Positions 9,683 to 18,959 of a DNA stretch of 64,000 bases are shown here, piece after piece (positions within the stretch are counted from its first letter, which is position 1; the number at the start of each line of letters is the position of its first letter). A program made the translations under genes and the position numbers. The DNA lies in the NCBI GenBank assembly GCA_963746205.1, contig CAVVAP010000006.1, forward strand, positions 52,066 through 116,065, read 5' to 3'. The stretch comes from an uncultured Acidobacteriaceae bacterium (GTDB taxonomy: Bacteria; Acidobacteriota; Terriglobia; Terriglobales; Acidobacteriaceae). Below the pieces are notes generated by a model. The model did not search any database, had not been told where the DNA came from, and worked only from the letters and a program-made list of their open reading frames with translations.

Positions 9683-9742
9683 AGATCGTTTCATGACAGA
9701 TCGTTTCATGACAGATCGTCCAATGACGGATCATCCATGAGA
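9683..9742 (+). repeat. Four tandem 15-bp units; the last contains the start codon of the downstream binding-protein gene
   Basis: The units are AGATCGTTTCATGAC (9683-9697), an identical copy (9698-9712), AGATCGTCCAATGAC (9713-9727) and GGATCATCCATGAGA (9728-9742). Confidence 0.85.
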
Positions 9743-11365
9743 GCGAGCCGCGCACTTTCACGAATTCTTCTGAGTCTGGTTTTATCCGTCCCGGCTTTTT
9801 CGCAGGGCGGCGGAGAGCTGCATTTCTGTTTGCACTCCGAGCCCAGGACTTTCGACCCTCTGCTGGTCGATGACGAAGCCTCGCTCTCCGTACGCTACCT
9901 CACCGGCGGCGTGCTGGTACGGATCAATCGCCACACCCAGGAACTGGAACCGGAACTGGCCGAATCGTGGAAGGTGTCGAAGGATAACCGGCAAATCACT
10001 TTCAAACTGCGCAGCGGTGTGCTTTTTTCCGATGGCAGCCCATTTTCCTCCGAGGACGTCGCCTTCACCATGCAACGGCTGATGGATCCGTCGCTGCACT
10101 CTTCGACGGGAGACGCCTTTCGTTCGGGCAATAGCACGGTCACGACGAAAATCATGGGGCCCAACGAGATTTCGCTGACCTTCCCCGCCGCCCTCGCGGG
10201 AATCGACCGGCTCTTCGATCAGGTGGCGATTATGTCCGCGCACTCGGCAAAAAAAGAAGCGGCCGTGGTCGGTCCCTTCATGGTGGCCGACTATAAAGCG
10301 GGATCGAGCCTGCTGCTGCGCCGCAATCCGAATTACTGGAAGAAGGATGCAGCGGGACGCCGCTTGCCCTATCTCGATGCCATACGACTCGACATTCAAT
10401 CCAACCGCGATGTCGAAATGCTGCGCTTTAAGCGCGGCGAAATCGACTTAATCAACGTCATCGACAGCGATTATTTCGACCGCCTCGCCGCCAGTTCTCC
10501 CCAGGTGGCGCACGATGCCGGCGCTTCTCTCGATTACGATTTCCTGTGGTTCAACCAGGTGGCGGAGGCTCCCATCCCGGAATACAAGCGTGCCTGGTTC
10601 CGCTCCACCAATTTCCGGCGCGCGATCTCGGAGGCTATCAATCGCGACGACCTGAGCCGCGTTGTCTTCGGAGGACATGCCCAGCCCGCCTCCGGCCCGG
10701 TTTCGCCGGCGAACAAATTCTGGTTTAACAGCAAACTCAAACCGGACGCCTATCGTCCCGACGCGGCCTTGCAGCGCCTGCAAGCCGACGGCTTCCACCT
10801 GCAAAACGGCAGTTTGCGCGACCGCGGCGGCAACGCGGTGGAGTTCTCCATCATCACCAACGCGGGCAACAAATCGCGCGAGCGCATGGCCGTAATGGTG
10901 CAGGAGGATCTCGGGAAAATCGGCGTCAAAGTCAACCTGGTCACCCTGGATTTCCCCTCGCTGATCGAGCGCATCTCGCAGAAATTCAATTACGAAGCCG
11001 CCATGCTCGGCTTCCGCAACGTGGAACTCGACCCCAACAGCCAGATGACGATCTGGCTCAGTTCCGCCGACAACCACGCCTGGAATCCCCGCGAGAAAAC
11101 TCCCGCGACCCCATGGGAAGCGGAGATTGACCGCCTGATGCGCACCCAGGCCTCGGCCGCCGATGCCAAAATCCGCAAAGCCAGCTTCGACCGGGTGCAG
11201 GAAATCATCGCCGAGCAAGCTCCCTTAATTTATCTCGTCTATCAAAACGCCCTCTCCGCCGTCTCCAGCGCGGTAGTCGGCGCCAGTCCCGGCATCCTGC
11301 ACCCCCAGACCTTCTGGAATGCGGAGCAGATGGCGATCAGTCCGGCGAGCAGGGCGAGCCGGTAG
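9737..11365 (+). CDS. ABC transporter substrate-binding protein, family 5 (peptide/nickel type)
   Basis: ATG at 9737 gives the signal peptide MRASRALSRILLSLVLSVPAFSQ. The length and overall sequence resemble oligopeptide-binding proteins. There is no adjacent permease or ATPase. Confidence 0.88.
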   Translation: MRASRALSRILLSLVLSVPAFSQGGGELHFCLHSEPRTFDPLLVDDEASLSVRYLTGGVLVRINRHTQELEPELAESWKVSKDNRQITFKLRSGVLFSDGSPFSSEDVAFTMQRLMDPSLHSSTGDAFRSGNSTVTTKIMGPNEISLTFPAALAGIDRLFDQVAIMSAHSAKKEAAVVGPFMVADYKAGSSLLLRRNPNYWKKDAAGRRLPYLDAIRLDIQSNRDVEMLRFKRGEIDLINVIDSDYFDRLAASSPQVAHDAGASLDYDFLWFNQVAEAPIPEYKRAWFRSTNFRRAISEAINRDDLSRVVFGGHAQPASGPVSPANKFWFNSKLKPDAYRPDAALQRLQADGFHLQNGSLRDRGGNAVEFSIITNAGNKSRERMAVMVQEDLGKIGVKVNLVTLDFPSLIERISQKFNYEAAMLGFRNVELDPNSQMTIWLSSADNHAWNPREKTPATPWEAEIDRLMRTQASAADAKIRKASFDRVQEIIAEQAPLIYLVYQNALSAVSSAVVGASPGILHPQTFWNAEQMAISPASRASR

Positions 11366-11449
11366 AAGCCCGAAGGCGAATCGTCCGCCTGTCTGGACAC
11401 GCACCGTCCACTACTAACGCCGGTCATTCCCATTGACAGGGAAGAATGC

Positions 11450-12400
11450 GTGCGCACCTCTATAATTGCGTCTACCATGACTGCGCCCTCAGAGCACGAC
11501 ATCTTCCGCGACCCGTGGCCCCCGCTTTCTTATCCCGACTTCGCGGCCACCCGGCACCTTCTGCATATGGCTCTACAGGCAGTGGGCAAATTGAAGCTGC
11601 AGGGGCCGTTCGAACCGCAGTGGGCTGAGGTTCCTCTTTTGCTGAGCAGCCGGGGGTTAACCACCGGACCGATTCACTATTCCGGCGGCGCCTATGAAGT
11701 TACAGTCGATCTGATCTCGCATCATGTGGGGTGCGCCACCAGTTGGGGATTTTCCGGCGGCTACGACCTAGGCTCTATGTCTGTTGCCGAATTTGTAAAG
11801 CAATTCTTTGACCTCCTGGCCAAAGCCGGTATCCATGCTTCCATCAACTTGAAGCCGCAGGAAGTTCCCAATGCGATCCCATTCAATGAGGACACGCTGC
11901 GTCGTCCCTATGAACCGGCGCTGGTTAACGCCTGGTGGCGAATCCTGCTGAGTACGCAGCGGGTGATGCAGGCTTTCCGCGGACGCTTCAAGGGCAAGAC
12001 ACAGCCGATTGGCCTGATGTGGGGCACGCTTGACATCCGCGATGTGCGCTACAACGGCAAGCCCGTTTCCCCCGGGGAGAAAGCCGGCTACATCCGGCGT
12101 AACGCCATGGACGAAGAGCTCATTGAAGTAGGATGGTGGGCGGGGAGCGCCGCCTATCCCAAGCCAGCGTTTTATTCCTTCACCTACCCGCAGCCAGGGG
12201 GGATCGAGCACTCCGAGGTAAGCCCGGCCAGTGCGCGATGGGAGTCGGCCATGAGTGAGTTCCTGCTGGACTACGACGATCTGCGCAAATCGCAAGATCC
12301 TGACGGCGATCTACTGTCGTTTTTCGAGTCCACCTATAAGGCAGGTGCTGAGAGGGCAGGCTGGGACCCGCATCTCGTTGGCAGCGGCAGACCTTTGTAA
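11450..12400 (+). CDS. Conserved hypothetical protein, DUF5996-like
   Basis: The N-terminal pattern WPPLSYPDF..T.HLLHMALQAVGKLKL....P.W......SRGLTTGPI matches my memory of the DUF5996 family. The start may instead be ATG 11477. Confidence 0.7.
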   Translation: MRTSIIASTMTAPSEHDIFRDPWPPLSYPDFAATRHLLHMALQAVGKLKLQGPFEPQWAEVPLLLSSRGLTTGPIHYSGGAYEVTVDLISHHVGCATSWGFSGGYDLGSMSVAEFVKQFFDLLAKAGIHASINLKPQEVPNAIPFNEDTLRRPYEPALVNAWWRILLSTQRVMQAFRGRFKGKTQPIGLMWGTLDIRDVRYNGKPVSPGEKAGYIRRNAMDEELIEVGWWAGSAAYPKPAFYSFTYPQPGGIEHSEVSPASARWESAMSEFLLDYDDLRKSQDPDGDLLSFFESTYKAGAERAGWDPHLVGSGRPL

Positions 12401-12453
12401 CAGCCGCAGGGCGCAAAAGATTTTGCCGTAATGCGTCGCCAAACCAGTCCGGC

Positions 12454-12503
12454 AAGTCCCGTGTTTTGGCGGAAGCGTGTGTGAGTCAAACCCACCCGGT
12501 AAC
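12454..12503 (-). repeat. Partial duplicate of the 3' end of tRNA-Sec (att-like direct repeat, left copy)
   Basis: It matches 18947..18995 at 44 of 50 positions, with a perfect 26-nt core tgttttggcggaagcgtgtgtgagtc (12462-12487 = 18955-18980). The match covers the acceptor 3' strand, the T-arm and 14 nt of 3' trailer. Confidence 0.8.
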
Positions 12504-12527
12504 TTACATTTTGGCTGGTGCGATCCA

Positions 12528-13985
12528 CTAGAATCCGCCGGTCTGGTACTGCAAGATGGCTAGGGCGAGACGGTAATCATAGTCAGCCTGTACGTTGCCG
12601 ATTTGGCCTTGCGTCTCCTGGAGTTGTGCCTGACTCAGTTCGACAATGGAACTTAGCCCCAGGCGGTAGCGCGTGTCGGCGAGGTCGAGCGCGAGGTTTG
12701 ACTGATCCAACAATTGTTGGGTGACGCTGAGTCGCGCGTACGCTGTATTGGCATTGAGCCAACCGGTGCGGACATCGCGGGCGATCCGATTGCGAAGGTC
12801 GAGCAGACGGTCGTGTGCCGCTTGCGCTCGCAGACTTGCCTCCCGCGAACGCGCGGTGAAGAGAAAACCATTAAACACTGGGATTTCGACATTCACGCCC
12901 ACGGCTCCGTACCAATTGGAGAGAACCGGATTTCGTACCGGTGTGTCTCCGATAGCGCCCACCGCGCGGATATTCGGGAGAAGCAGATCGCGTTCTGCGG
13001 TGTAGAACTTCTGGGCGGATTGCTCTTGCAATTCGAGGGACAGGATTTCCGGGCGCATGCTGAACGCCCGCGAGATGAGACTCTCCACGTTGGCGGGCGG
13101 AGGATTCATCGCCCCGCTGTCTTCGACTAACTGAAAGTTCTGGTTTTCTGAATAGCCCAGCACCATGGATAACGTCGCGAGCGCTCCGTTCTCGTTATTC
13201 TCCGCGTCCAGGATGAGCAGCCTGGCCTGGGCGAGGTTCACGTTCGCAAAGCTGAAATCCAGCTGGGACCTGAGCTTGTTCCTGAACAACGCTTCTACCT
13301 GGTCGGCGACGGTCTGGCGGGCGCTGACGGTTTGCTGAGCCACCGTCAAGACGGCGTGAGCCTGCAGCGCACCATAAAAAGCTTGATCGACCGCGAGAAG
13401 AATCTGGTCTTTCGTCGCTACGGCGTTTTGATCTTGCGCTTTCGCGGCGAGGTTAGCACTGGAGATCAGGTTCGTGGTGCGTCCGAAGTCGGTGATCAAC
13501 TGATTGACCATCATGCCGCCGGCGGCGCGTTCGTAGATGATGGGATTATTGAGTCCACCGGCGGTGATGCGGCTGTTCTCTTTGGAATCCACACCCGTGA
13601 GGTCGGCGGTAGCGGTTGGCCACAGACTGGAACGGACCTGCCGGGTGACTTGCTGGGAGGCCAGCGCCGTCAGCCGCGCCAGCGAGATTTGCGGGTTGTT
13701 CTTCAAGGCCAGCGCCTCGGCCTGCTTCAAGGACAGAGGCATCGGACTCCGCGGATTGGCCTGAGAGTCGGAAGATCGCTGCTGGTTCGGAGCCATAGCG
13801 GGCATAGTTTGATTCGGAACCGGCTGTGGCATGGGGGCCGAGGGTAAACTCTGTACCGTTGGCGGCTGATCGACCTGCAAGCTTTGCGGATATCCCGAAC
13901 ACGGCGCCAGCGCCATGCACCCTGCCGCGGCGACAATGAAAAGTGGTTTCATTTTCATGGATGTTAGTGACCTCAGGATTGTCAT
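12528..13985 (-). CDS. TolC-family outer membrane efflux protein
   Basis: It has a signal peptide and a two-fold repeated outer-membrane-factor sequence (..LSLKQAEALALKNNPQI.., ..LDLADTRYRLGLSSIVELSQAQ..). Its start overlaps the RND stop as ATGA (13982-13985). Confidence 0.88.
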   Translation of the reverse strand: MTILRSLTSMKMKPLFIVAAAGCMALAPCSGYPQSLQVDQPPTVQSLPSAPMPQPVPNQTMPAMAPNQQRSSDSQANPRSPMPLSLKQAEALALKNNPQISLARLTALASQQVTRQVRSSLWPTATADLTGVDSKENSRITAGGLNNPIIYERAAGGMMVNQLITDFGRTTNLISSANLAAKAQDQNAVATKDQILLAVDQAFYGALQAHAVLTVAQQTVSARQTVADQVEALFRNKLRSQLDFSFANVNLAQARLLILDAENNENGALATLSMVLGYSENQNFQLVEDSGAMNPPPANVESLISRAFSMRPEILSLELQEQSAQKFYTAERDLLLPNIRAVGAIGDTPVRNPVLSNWYGAVGVNVEIPVFNGFLFTARSREASLRAQAAHDRLLDLRNRIARDVRTGWLNANTAYARLSVTQQLLDQSNLALDLADTRYRLGLSSIVELSQAQLQETQGQIGNVQADYDYRLALAILQYQTGGF

Positions 13986-16900
13986 GGTTGTGGTTCGACC
14001 CGTATCGGCTCTTCTCGCCGATGGATCAATAGATAGGCGGCGGGGACAATAAAGACGGTCACAATGACGGACATGGTGAGCCCCCCGATAATGGAGCGGG
14101 CGAGGGGAGCATACTGTTCACTTCCGGCTTCAAGCGCCAGGGCCATCGGAATCATGCCGAGAATCGTAGCCAGCGAGGTCATTAACACTGGCCGCAAGCG
14201 CACGCGGCAGGCGGTTGCTACCGCTTCCTGAATCGGCGCCCCTTCTTTTCTCAACGATCGGGTGAACTCCACGATGAGAATGCTGTTCGAGACTACGATC
14301 CCAGTCATCATGATGACCCCCATTAGCGACATGACGTTGACGGTGGTGTGGGTCACCAACAGAAATAGAATTACGCCGGTGATGCCGGGTGGAATTGCGA
14401 GCAGGATAATCAGAGGGTCGACGAAGGAAGAGAACTGAGCCATCAGGATCAAATAAACAAGAACAACCGACAGAATCAATCCGACGCTAAAGCTTTTGAA
14501 CGATTGACGCATGCCCTCTACCGAACCCCGCATGCTGACTCGCACATTCTCGGGCAGCCTGGTGCCGGCGATTACCTTGTCTACCTGATGGGCCAGGCTG
14601 CCCAGATCCTCACTGCGCGGCGAAACATAGACATCAATGACGCGGCGAAGCTGGTAATGGTCTACCTCCGTCGGCGTATCGATCATCTTCACGTCCGACA
14701 CCGCATCGAGGTCGGTTGAGTTCAGATTACCGGCCGCGTGCAATGGGATCTGCTTGAGGTCCGCCATCGAGTTCACCTGGGTTTCCGGGTACTGGACGGT
14801 GAGCATGTAGTTGTTTCCGCTCTTCGGATCGACCCAATAACTGGGAGCGATCATGCTGTTCGAGGTCAGCGCGGTGATGACGTTGTCAACCGCTTCCTTG
14901 GAAGACACTCCCATCCGTCCCGCCATTTCGCGGTTGATATCGAGCTGAATCCCGGGATAATCGAGATCCTGCGGAATGAGGACGTCGCTTACGTCGTGAA
15001 GACCGCGCACTTTCTGCGCGATGTCGGCGGCAGCGCGATAGGCCAGCTTCTGATCATTACCGCTGACCTGGATGTCGATGGGCGCGGGCAATCCGAGATT
15101 GACGACCGCATCGACGAGTCCTCCAGACTGAAAGTAAGTCGAGAGTTCGGGCAAATCTTTAGTAAGCTTTGCGCGGACACGACGCATGTACTCGTAACTA
15201 CCCACCGAGTGGCCTTTCTTGAGGCTGACCTGGACGAACGCCGTGTGCTGGCCGGAATTGCTGGTATAGATGGCCGAGAAATCGGGCGTGATGCCGATGT
15301 TCGAGACGATCATGTCGAGATCTCGCGAAGAAACCACTTCCCGGATGTCCGCTTCAACGCGCTTGATGTATTGGTTGGTTAGCTCCAGGCGGGTGCCGGT
15401 AGGAGTCTTGATATTGACCGCGAACTGGCCGGGATCGGTGCGGGGAAAGAAGCCCAGGCCGAGCAGCGGAAACAAGGCGAAGCTGAAAAGACAGATGCCG
15501 AGAATACCGATCACAGTCGCCACCGGCCGGAGGAGACTGCGCCTTACGGCAATGTCGTAGTGCATCAGCATCCGGTCATAACGCCGGTTGAAGCCGCGTA
15601 CAAATCGTTCAAATCGTGTTCTCCCCAGATGATGTGCCGCTTCGTCGTGCGGTGACTTAATGAAGCGAGCGCAAAATAGCGGCACGACAGTCATAGCAAC
15701 CGCATAGGACGCGAATAAGGAGAAAACGACGGCCGAGGCGAGCGCGGTAAACAGAAATCGGCTGACGCCGTAAAGGAAGACGACCGGGAAGAACACAATC
15801 GCCGTCGTGAAAGTGGCGGCGAGAACCGGCATTGCTACTTCGCTACCTCCTTTTTCGGCGGCAGCTTCGGGCGTTTCTCCCATCTCCAAATGACGAAAAA
15901 TGTTTTCCAGCACCACCACCGAGTTGTCAATCAATCGCGAGAAGGCGAGCGCTAATCCTCCCAGAACCATGGTGTTGATCGATCCACCGCTGAGGTTGAT
16001 GGCAAGGAACGCAGCCAGGGCGGATAGCGGAATGGAGAGCATGACGGCAAGAGTGGCGCGCACGTTGCCGAGAAAGATAAGGATCATTAGAGCGGTCAAC
16101 ACCAACCCAATTCCGCCCTCGCTGCCGAGATTTGCGATTGCCGTCTTCACAAACACCGACTGATCGAATACGACCTTCGTGACCAGCGATTTGGGGATAT
16201 CCACCAAACTGCCGACAGATTTCTTGATCCCGTCGACGATGGCGATGGTGTTGCTGTTGCCGCCTTGCTTGAGAATCGGAAGGTAAACCGATCTTTGCCC
16301 ATCCACGCGGACGATGTTGGTCTGGATGGCGGCGCCATCCACCGCGTGGCCCACATCGGCCACCATCAATTCGGCGTTGCCCTCGGACTTCAGTGGCAGC
16401 CGGTTGATCTCTTCAGTCGTAGGCAGTTGGCTATTGGTGTAGATGTTGTAGTCCTTGGGACCAATGCGCACATCGCCCGCCGGCAGAATCGTGTTGGCCT
16501 CGTTCACGGTGCGGACCACATCCATGAGGCTCAACTGATGAGCCTGCAGCTTAACGGGATCGACATAGACCTGGATCTGCCGGTATTTGCCGCCAAAGGG
16601 CTGGGGCACGGACGCGCCCGGCACATTGGCGATTTGATTTCGAACCGTGAACTGGCCGAGGTCGTGCAACTCTGTTTCATTCAACCCCTCGCCTTTCAAC
16701 GTGATCAGGCAGACTGGCAGACTGGAAGCGTCGAACTTGAGCACGACTGGCGGCAGCGTTCCTGGGGGCAATCGTCGCAATTGCGCCATTGCCAGATTCG
16801 AAATTCCGCTGACCGCAGCATCCGGGTTGGTCCCGGGCTGGAAGTAAATCTTGATCAGGCTCACCCCGGTCAAGGATCGCGACTCGATGTGGTCGATGCC

Positions 16901-18376
16901 GCTGGCCAGTGTAAAAAACCTCTCGAAAGGGTTTGTAATGTTGGCTTCGATTTGTTCCGGCGGCATTCCGGAGTAAAACGTCGCCACCACTACTACAGGA
17001 ATATCGATGTCGGGAAAAAGATCTACCGGCATGCGCGCCACGGTGGTTATGCCGACGACCGTGATGATCAGGCAGAGCATGATGATGAAAAATGGGTTGC
17101 GAATGGAGAAGCCGGACATGTTTACCTGGCTCCCTCTTCGGGCAGAATATTTTTCATCGGCCATCGTGCTCACCTCAGGATCGACTCGCTGGCCGGGCCG
17201 GTACTTGCTGAGGTTGCCGACAATCACATGATCGCCCTCGTTCAATCCGGACAGGATCTGGATTCGATCCGACCCCTCGATTCCCGTACGAATCTCGCGC
17301 TCTTCCACCTTATTCTGCGAATTCACGAGAAGCACCGTGGCCTTGTCCGCGCCCCGATCAATCGCCTGCAGGGGCAGGGTGAGCGCGTTGGGATCGTTTT
17401 GCACGCGCAACGAAACATCGGCATACATGCCGGGAGTCAGTTTGTAGTCCTGATTCGGTACATCCACTTCGACTTGCATGGTGCGAGTAGAACGGTCGAG
17501 CGAATCGGTTGAGCGGATTATTTTGCCTGAGAAGCGCTGGTCTGTGGCCTTCACGCGGATATCGACCGGTTCACCATCGTGCACGTTGGCGGCTATAGAC
17601 TCGGGCACGGGGATCCGCAAACGCAATATATTCACCTGCGAAAGCTTCACGACTGGCGCGGAGCTGACGTTCGAGGTACCGGCTTGAATCAGCGAACCGG
17701 TGTCGGCGTACCGCCAAGTCACCACACCGTCGAATGGGGCGATAATTTTTGCGTATTGGGAGAGGGCGGCATAGTGCTGCTGGTCGGCCTGAGAAACCTC
17801 CAACTGCTGCCGGGAAGCCGATAGCGCGGATTTGGCGGATTCCACCTGGGCCGCGGTGGAGCGATCTTTGGCGGTGGCATCGTCGAGTTCCTGCTCCGCG
17901 ATCAGGCCGGGACGCGCGTCCGATGCCTGCTTCAATCGGGTGGCGGCGGCGTGCAGCGCGGCGTGATCCGCTTCCGCACGACTGACCTCATTCTGGGCAT
18001 GAATAATTTCATCCTGGCTATGCCGCACACCCGCGGAAGCAGCCTGTAATTGCGCCACTAACTCTGGGATTTCAAGAACCGCGAGGACCTGGCCCTTGCG
18101 GACACGGTCACCAATGTCCACGTTAATGTTCCTGATGTATCCTGCGACCTTGGCATGGAGTTCCACTTCCTGGTAAGGCAGGAATTCCCCTGCGATGGAG
18201 AGTGTATTGGAAAGCGCTGCGCGTCGAACTTGCACCACTGCGGCCGTCGCATAGCTGGCGACTGGAGACGGACGGGTACCTGCATCTCCACAACTCCCGG
18301 CAAGAACAACACAAACAGAGATCAAAGCAACGGCTGCCGCCCTGCTAAAAGCAATTAGATATTTTCTCTTCCGCAT
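13982..18376 (-). CDS. Single ORF fusing an RND periplasmic adaptor (MFP, about 17120..18376) to an RND permease (13982..17119)
   Basis: The likely start is ATG 18376 (MRKRKYLIAFSRAAAVALISVCVVLAGSCG), followed by an HlyD-type coiled-coil and barrel. With no stop codon the frame continues into MSGFSIRNPFFIIM.. and a 12-TM AcrB-type pump. Internal ATGs lie at 17119 (after GAGGGAG) and at 17164 (after GAGGTGA). Confidence 0.85.
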   Translation of the reverse strand: MRKRKYLIAFSRAAAVALISVCVVLAGSCGDAGTRPSPVASYATAAVVQVRRAALSNTLSIAGEFLPYQEVELHAKVAGYIRNINVDIGDRVRKGQVLAVLEIPELVAQLQAASAGVRHSQDEIIHAQNEVSRAEADHAALHAAATRLKQASDARPGLIAEQELDDATAKDRSTAAQVESAKSALSASRQQLEVSQADQQHYAALSQYAKIIAPFDGVVTWRYADTGSLIQAGTSNVSSAPVVKLSQVNILRLRIPVPESIAANVHDGEPVDIRVKATDQRFSGKIIRSTDSLDRSTRTMQVEVDVPNQDYKLTPGMYADVSLRVQNDPNALTLPLQAIDRGADKATVLLVNSQNKVEEREIRTGIEGSDRIQILSGLNEGDHVIVGNLSKYRPGQRVDPEVSTMADEKYSARRGSQVNMSGFSIRNPFFIIMLCLIITVVGITTVARMPVDLFPDIDIPVVVVATFYSGMPPEQIEANITNPFERFFTLASGIDHIESRSLTGVSLIKIYFQPGTNPDAAVSGISNLAMAQLRRLPPGTLPPVVLKFDASSLPVCLITLKGEGLNETELHDLGQFTVRNQIANVPGASVPQPFGGKYRQIQVYVDPVKLQAHQLSLMDVVRTVNEANTILPAGDVRIGPKDYNIYTNSQLPTTEEINRLPLKSEGNAELMVADVGHAVDGAAIQTNIVRVDGQRSVYLPILKQGGNSNTIAIVDGIKKSVGSLVDIPKSLVTKVVFDQSVFVKTAIANLGSEGGIGLVLTALMILIFLGNVRATLAVMLSIPLSALAAFLAINLSGGSINTMVLGGLALAFSRLIDNSVVVLENIFRHLEMGETPEAAAEKGGSEVAMPVLAATFTTAIVFFPVVFLYGVSRFLFTALASAVVFSLFASYAVAMTVVPLFCARFIKSPHDEAAHHLGRTRFERFVRGFNRRYDRMLMHYDIAVRRSLLRPVATVIGILGICLFSFALFPLLGLGFFPRTDPGQFAVNIKTPTGTRLELTNQYIKRVEADIREVVSSRDLDMIVSNIGITPDFSAIYTSNSGQHTAFVQVSLKKGHSVGSYEYMRRVRAKLTKDLPELSTYFQSGGLVDAVVNLGLPAPIDIQVSGNDQKLAYRAAADIAQKVRGLHDVSDVLIPQDLDYPGIQLDINREMAGRMGVSSKEAVDNVITALTSNSMIAPSYWVDPKSGNNYMLTVQYPETQVNSMADLKQIPLHAAGNLNSTDLDAVSDVKMIDTPTEVDHYQLRRVIDVYVSPRSEDLGSLAHQVDKVIAGTRLPENVRVSMRGSVEGMRQSFKSFSVGLILSVVLVYLILMAQFSSFVDPLIILLAIPPGITGVILFLLVTHTTVNVMSLMGVIMMTGIVVSNSILIVEFTRSLRKEGAPIQEAVATACRVRLRPVLMTSLATILGMIPMALALEAGSEQYAPLARSIIGGLTMSVIVTVFIVPAAYLLIHRREEPIRVEPQP

Positions 18377-18514
18377 GTGGGGGTATCCATTTCGAAGCTC
18401 AGCCCATTTATCGTTCGGAGCCGGAGTTACGGAATCTCTCATTGAACGGAGCCACGCCAGTCTCACCAGCAGAAAATACAAAAACCGGCACTGGGGGTGG
18501 CAAAAGGCAGGATG

Positions 18515-18862
18515 TCAGCAGGACGGAGGAGGCCGGTTGTGATGCCAACTTGCAGAACCAAGAGTGGTGGAGGGCACGACCTCCGAAAACAGAAGAGCGA
18601 CAGATCGCGGCGGTTGAAAGAGAGTAATGCTGGACTCAGGAACGGTCCCAATCAGGCCCTCGCCGAGAAGGTGTTGTCTATAAGCGTCGGAAGAGTGGCA
18701 TCTTACACCTGTAACCTTTGTTAGCTTCTGGACTTCCGTACTCAATGCGGTGAATCGAGTCGCAAGACTCAGGGTGAGCGCGAAGATGGAGAGGAGGACA
18801 ACCGCGGTCCAGCACCGAGAGGCAAAAGTCACGCGTGCGCGAGAGTGTTCCAGCACGATCAT
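18515..18862 (-). CDS. Hypothetical protein with one TM segment (doubtful)
   Basis: This is the only ORF between the efflux operon and selC. It has a hydrophobic stretch CWTAVVLLSIFALTLSLA, and I recognise no family. Confidence 0.25.
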   Translation of the reverse strand: MIVLEHSRARVTFASRCWTAVVLLSIFALTLSLATRFTALSTEVQKLTKVTGVRCHSSDAYRQHLLGEGLIGTVPESSITLFQPPRSVALLFSEVVPSTTLGSASWHHNRPPPSC

Positions 18863-18959
18863 CTAAAATCCGCAACGCGGAGCGGCGATCAATCTAAGTA
18901 TACATTGACAGCGTCCACGGCAGGAGTACGGCAGGTGAAGGCACTTAAGTCCTTTGTTT

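Noticed and set aside
9659-9736. The TTG start at 9659 for the binding protein, giving an N-terminal (RSFHD)n peptide.
   Set aside because: ATG 9737 is followed immediately by a canonical signal peptide. The upstream segment is the 15-bp tandem repeat, which is better explained as noncoding.
16265-17512. Long ORFs antisense to or out of frame with recognised genes. Examples: 16265..17512 (+) inside the RND gene, 28458..29687 (-) inside uvrA, 51380..52591 (+), 21590..22438 (-), 23574..24503 (+), 59725..60936 (-) and 40109..41065 (-).
   Set aside because: These are typical shadow ORFs of GC-rich DNA. Their translations are Arg/Gly/Ala/Pro-rich with no family signature, and each fully overlaps a gene with strong family motifs.
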